NCBI RefSeq assembly: GCF_002105155.1
Contig: NW_019028980.1
Coordinates: 1,736,001-1,787,510 of the forward strand
Direction of reading: 5' to 3'
Length of the DNA: 51,510 nucleotides
Source: Lobosporangium transversale
Taxonomy: Eukaryota
Made by a program: the position numbers and the translations under genes
Notes under the pieces: model-generated
What the model was told of the DNA's origin: nothing
Database searches by the model: none
The model's input: only the letters and a program-made list of their open reading frames with translations
Shown here: piece after piece, positions 46,822 through 51,510 of the stretch
Position numbering within the stretch: position 1 is the first letter of the stretch
Layout of the letters: each line of letters begins with the position of its first letter

Positions 46822-48321
46822 TCAGAAGCTTAATCTCGTCACTTTTTCTTCACGATCTTATTAGATATAAGCCAGCTTCTGTCACTAAAGGCGGATACAG
46901 GTCTCACAGAGCTTGAAAACTGGATCGAGAGCAAGGTGGATGAACAAGCAGTAAAGTATCAAGATGATCTCATCAAGGTTATGACCAATCTCCTCAATAA
47001 TTCAGAGGCTGCTCAATACCTTGATGTACTTGTGAAAATGGCTAGTTCATCCGACAACCAAAAAGAACAGCAGCAACAAATAAAACGTAGGTTTATCCAG
47101 TCATCATCTAAAGAGCAGCAGCAAGGGGATCAAGAAGAAAGCTTTGAAAGCAGTTCAGTACCCAAGTCAAGAATAGCATCTAAAACATCGTCCGGACAAC
47201 AGGACCATCAACCACTCTTAAAACGGGCTCCTAATCAAGACATGAACATGACCGCCGCAACTATGAATTCGCTTATGGAGCCATTTATCCTTCAATTACG
47301 ACGAGATATCCGAAATATCCTCATTTGGCTCTGCGCTGGCGCTCCCGGTTCCAAGATTGATGGAAAAGTTTATGGAGATGATGAGTTTTCAAGACGAGCA
47401 ACAAAGGCGGACATCACGGCCATCAGACATCCTAAAGGAGCTCATTATCTTGCTGACATTATTGACCCAAACACTTCCACGTTGATCTTGGCATGCCTCA
47501 AGAGTTATTATCAGGATTTTGGAGAGCAATTGTATTCTTTGGCAATAGAGCGATCTCAACAAGCCAAGGAGGCGATATTGTCCAAGTTACAAGAGTTGAC
47601 AGGAGTTCCAAAGTTCCTTCTTCCGTTCTCTATAGAGAAGATGCTTGGACAATCAGAAGGATTAAAGAATATACTTCCGATAATAAGCCAGAGTTTGCAG
47701 CTAACTGAACAAGCACCAGGTGTAGTGAGAGAAGAAACAGAAGCAGAAGGAGGGGCCTTGCATTCAAAACAGTTAAACAAGGCAGGCAGTTCCGATGATG
47801 GCCGTGTAGATGACAGTGGTAATGACAACGCCACTGAGGGCAATAGCGATGCTCAGAAACCATCAGAGGCGCTTAATTGGGTAGTCGATAATGTATTGAA
47901 CGAGTTCAGGAAGACTTTTGTGGAGACCACTCAAGAGCAAGAAGGAGACCAAACGGAAGAAGTGAAAACGGACAAGGCATCGGAAGATGGAGCGGATGCT
48001 GATGCTGATACTGATGCCGTTGCTGATGTTGATGCTGATGTGGATAAAGCCGAGAATGTTGATGCCAAGGAAGGAGGGCCTTCACGTGGAAGGAAACCTT
48101 CTGAGCCACGACAACGTGGTAGTGGTGGTAGATCTGCGCAACATGACAACAAGGACAAGGACAACGACAAAGTGGAGGCTTTGGGAAAGGAGCGTCTGCA
48201 GATTCCTTCGGTAGAATGGGTCCCTGAATTCCTTTCTTCTCCTTTTTCTTCTTCTCCAAAGGAAGGAAAGAAAGGGAAAGGCCATGCCAGGTGCGGCTGG
48301 ATCCAAGATCGGCTTGGCTAA
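46463..48321 (+). CDS. Uncharacterised secreted preproprotein (~548 aa), 2 exons
   Basis: Signal peptide MVSSLLSFIALSLILLIFPSPSSSA. Exon 1 probably 46463-46652 (alternative in-phase donor after 46565); acceptor AG at 46863-64; exon 2 open to 48321. Dibasic sites QKR/D, IKRR/F and LKR/A; acidic disordered C-terminus. Confidence 0.72.
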
Positions 48322-48482
48322 AAATGGGGTAGTCATCCTCACCCTCCTCTTCTTCTCTTCCTTTTTCTTCCTCATCAAAAATCGTCCATGTGCAAATGAA
48401 AGTTCGTTACAAATTTACAATAAATAAAAAAAAAAAAAAAAAAAAACCAAACTGGTCTCCCTCATGTGTTTGTGTTTTTTGT

Positions 48483-48513
<31 letters not shown>

Positions 48514-51510
48514 GAATCTCAATTGACAGCTGCCGTGCTGTGCACATTTTTCAATCGGTAGGTTTGTCTGTCTAGAAAAAAGTCCATTAGCTTCAAGCTT
48601 TACATCGGATTAGATGAGTAAAGGAAATAAAAATACAAAATCCTAAGGACAAAGGACAAAGAACAATGCATGCACAGAGGAAATATGGATTGTAGTCATT
48701 ACGATAAAAATAAGAGAACGCATCAGCTGATTTATTGTTATCAGATCTTGAGGGCAGATCATCTTTCCAAAAGGTGAAGGGCTTGGTTGACCTACGGAAA
48801 CTCTTGTTTGTTTTATCAGATCCACCCAATCAAAACAAAGCCATCTCTATCCTTTTTTTTTTTTTTTTTTTTTTGGTTGTCATATTGATAGCCATCGGTT
48901 GTATGTATAAATATGCATAGATATATATACATGTATGTATCATTTTCATTCATCTTTAGGAGTAGAGATGGAGAGGTTGACAGTGAGCTATCTTTGACCC
49001 CCATACTTTCTCTTTCATTCCTTCTGAGTAATACAAAGATGCAAACACATGTGAGAAAGCTAATGGCTTTTTATTATTATTATTATTATATATTATTTAA
49101 ATAAAGTGACACAACTTATAATACAAAGCTGCTGTGCTGCGCTGCAAAGCACATCTTTACAAAAAAAGAATTTTGAGAGTTGGCTTTAGATGGTTTGTTT
49201 CAAAAGAAAAAAAGAAAAGCATGAGATTATTGTTACGGGAATATACGAGTAATCTTTTTAAAAGATTGATCGGAAAATATATCTATCCTATTATATATAT
49301 TTATATTTATATATATACATACTTACATTATCTATCTTTGCTATCCTATCATTTATCTTTTTTAAAGGATTCAGTTAGATAGCCAATTTGTGAGACAGTA
49401 AAAAGATTGCATACATTCATTACAGCCTACATGTACATGTTTGAAGCATTCATGTGCTAAAACAGGATAAATGAAAATCAGCCGGACAGAAACACAAGGC
49501 GGAAAGGGTTCACAAGGAAAAAGCACCAGCCACCTCTAGAAAAACGTCTATTACTTAACCTACCCCTCTTCCTTTCCTCTATACTAAACATGTGAAGGAA
49601 AGGGAAAAAAAAGACATGATAAGCAAACGCTTTTTCTTTTCTTTACTTTTTGACGTCCAACATGTACATGTACATGTACATATACGTAGATAGTGTGTAG
49701 TGCAAGTGTGCAGAAACAATAAGTGCGGATAACGTGTTTTGCATATTTTTATTTTTCTATTCATCATCTATCAATGTCTCTTTTTGCAACACGAAAACTA
49801 CGCTAAACTGCAACAGCACTGGCCTGTCAAGCAGAAAAAGTAACAATAATAATATATAATAATATATAATAATAAAAAAAAAGCGTTAAAGAAAGATATA
49901 TCTATTTTCTTTGTGAAAAGATTTTTCCCCCTCGGAACATTTATTTTCTCTTTTTTGCTTGGCAAACACCATTGATAAATATTGGGCTATTGTTGTCAAC
50001 AAGCGATGGATTACATTTATCTTTTAGGACATTTAATTTTTATCTTTTACTGAAGCGTATATAAATGTGAATGGATGTTCATCTCATTCAACTTCAAGGG
50101 AAACCAGTGTCCTGGTACCTTCTTTCATCCCTTCTCCTACCTCCTACGGTCCCTTTTTTTTGACTCCCCCCTCAACTCCTCCTGGCCATACCGTGCTATC
50201 TTTACTACATAATACGCTTCTCGTGCCTGACAATCGCTCGGTCAAGTAGTTACATCGTAAAGAAAAGAAAAAGAAAAAAAAAAAATACTCTCCTTTCTCT
50301 TTTCATGCTTTCCCCCCCCCCCCCTTTTTTTTTCCGCTTTTGATTTATGAGAAAAGGGGGACCCTAACCATACAACGACGCATGGACCACGACTTGTGGA
50401 CTTGTGGAGAAAAAGAAAGATGATTAGGGGAAAGAGACTGGTCCATCTAGACCCCAAACTTGGGATCTTTTTAAAAATAAAAAATAAAATAGTTCATCTT
50501 AAGGTATATACATATACCAAGAGCAAAACAAAATAAAAAAAAATAAAAAAGTGCACGACCCTTTCCAAGGAACTGAAATGGACCGATGATGGATGGAGGA
50601 GGATCTCTATTATTGAAGACCACATCTCAATTGATCAAAAAGCGAGAAAAGAGCGTTTTGACCAGTTAGAGCAGCCATTTCGATTTTTTTTTTTTTTTTT
50701 TTTTTCAATGGAGCTTTGTGGTTTTTTTTCTTTTTAACCTTTAAAAAAATAAAAGGTCCAAACGCGTACATCTGTTATGCCGACATATACATATGCTTTG
50801 TAGCGGAAAAATAAGCATTAGATGCTGCATATTTGTGCGATGTACGTTATGTATAGATGTGTATATAGGAGTAAGTGAATTGTATACGTGTAATGTCCAC
50901 AGGGTTCATTGATCATGGGTTGTCAACTGAATATGAACAACCTTTATTTATTTTTTTCATGGGTAACAAATAAGTTCTTCTTCTATCTGTTCCTTCCGCC
51001 CCCTCCATTCCCCCATTCTCTTACATGTGTGTGGCTCTGTAGTTGCTGTGACCCGATTCAAACCGCGTTGAAAAAGAAAAAAAAAAAAAAAAAAGTCTGA
51101 GCCCTTTCATGTTTTACTTTGTGCGATTTTGTCGAAAGGGCCAACTTTAAAGTCATTTCTTAATTTGTTAGACATAAACAAAAAGACGTGGCGATGAGAT
51201 CACCCTAATAGGCAAGTCAAAATAGAGAGAGTCCCATTATCTCATTTCCCCCCAGCCAGTTTACCCATTTCTCATTTCTTTTTCATCGATCATTTATCAT
51301 TTTTATCATGGTCATAGGGCTCATGCATTTTGGCAATGAATAATTTGATTATATATATATATATTATTATTTATTATTCAGGTTACATGGTGATATGCAT
51401 GGCACATATACATGTGTTGTTAGACGCATGTAAAATTAAAAAACGTGGGCTGTAGGATGAATAATAAGTAATAAGAAAAAAAAGAAAGACTATGCAGCAT
51501 GGAGACATGG

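Noticed and set aside
28750..47595. Shared AILSKL hexapeptide between the two orphan proteins as evidence of paralogy
   Set aside because: The similarity does not extend beyond a few residues.

Overview
Intron-containing, AT-rich fungal DNA, probably Mortierellaceae (Mucoromycota); this is inferred from the NACHT-pentapeptide-WD40 gene type, the intron style and the abundant poly(A/T) tracts. All homologies were recognised by eye and no searches were run. 1-5.9 kb: two divergently oriented paraoxonase-like (PON) lactonase paralogs flank a central inverted repeat, forming a large imperfect palindrome with patchy homogenisation. 6.3-11.6 kb: a nest of non-autonomous MULE-like elements (9-bp TSDs) around a tRNA-Asp gene, with tiny poly(A)-tailed insertions flanked by long TSDs. 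12.5-31.7 kb: housekeeping block of mitochondrial uS15, POP5, MBF1, an 11-exon Asunder/INTS13 (Integrator) homolog with an RGG insert, Opi1, an orphan membrane protein and an alkaline ceramidase. 32-42 kb: a decayed ~10 kb DNA transposon with ~300-bp TIRs, convergent RecQ-like helicase and DUF6589/Academ-type transposase (AcademH-like), and a nuclease-like cargo pseudogene. It abuts an N-terminally truncated NACHT-WD40 NLR pseudogene (42-45.7 kb). An orphan secreted preproprotein (46.5-48.3 kb) and intergenic DNA end the window.
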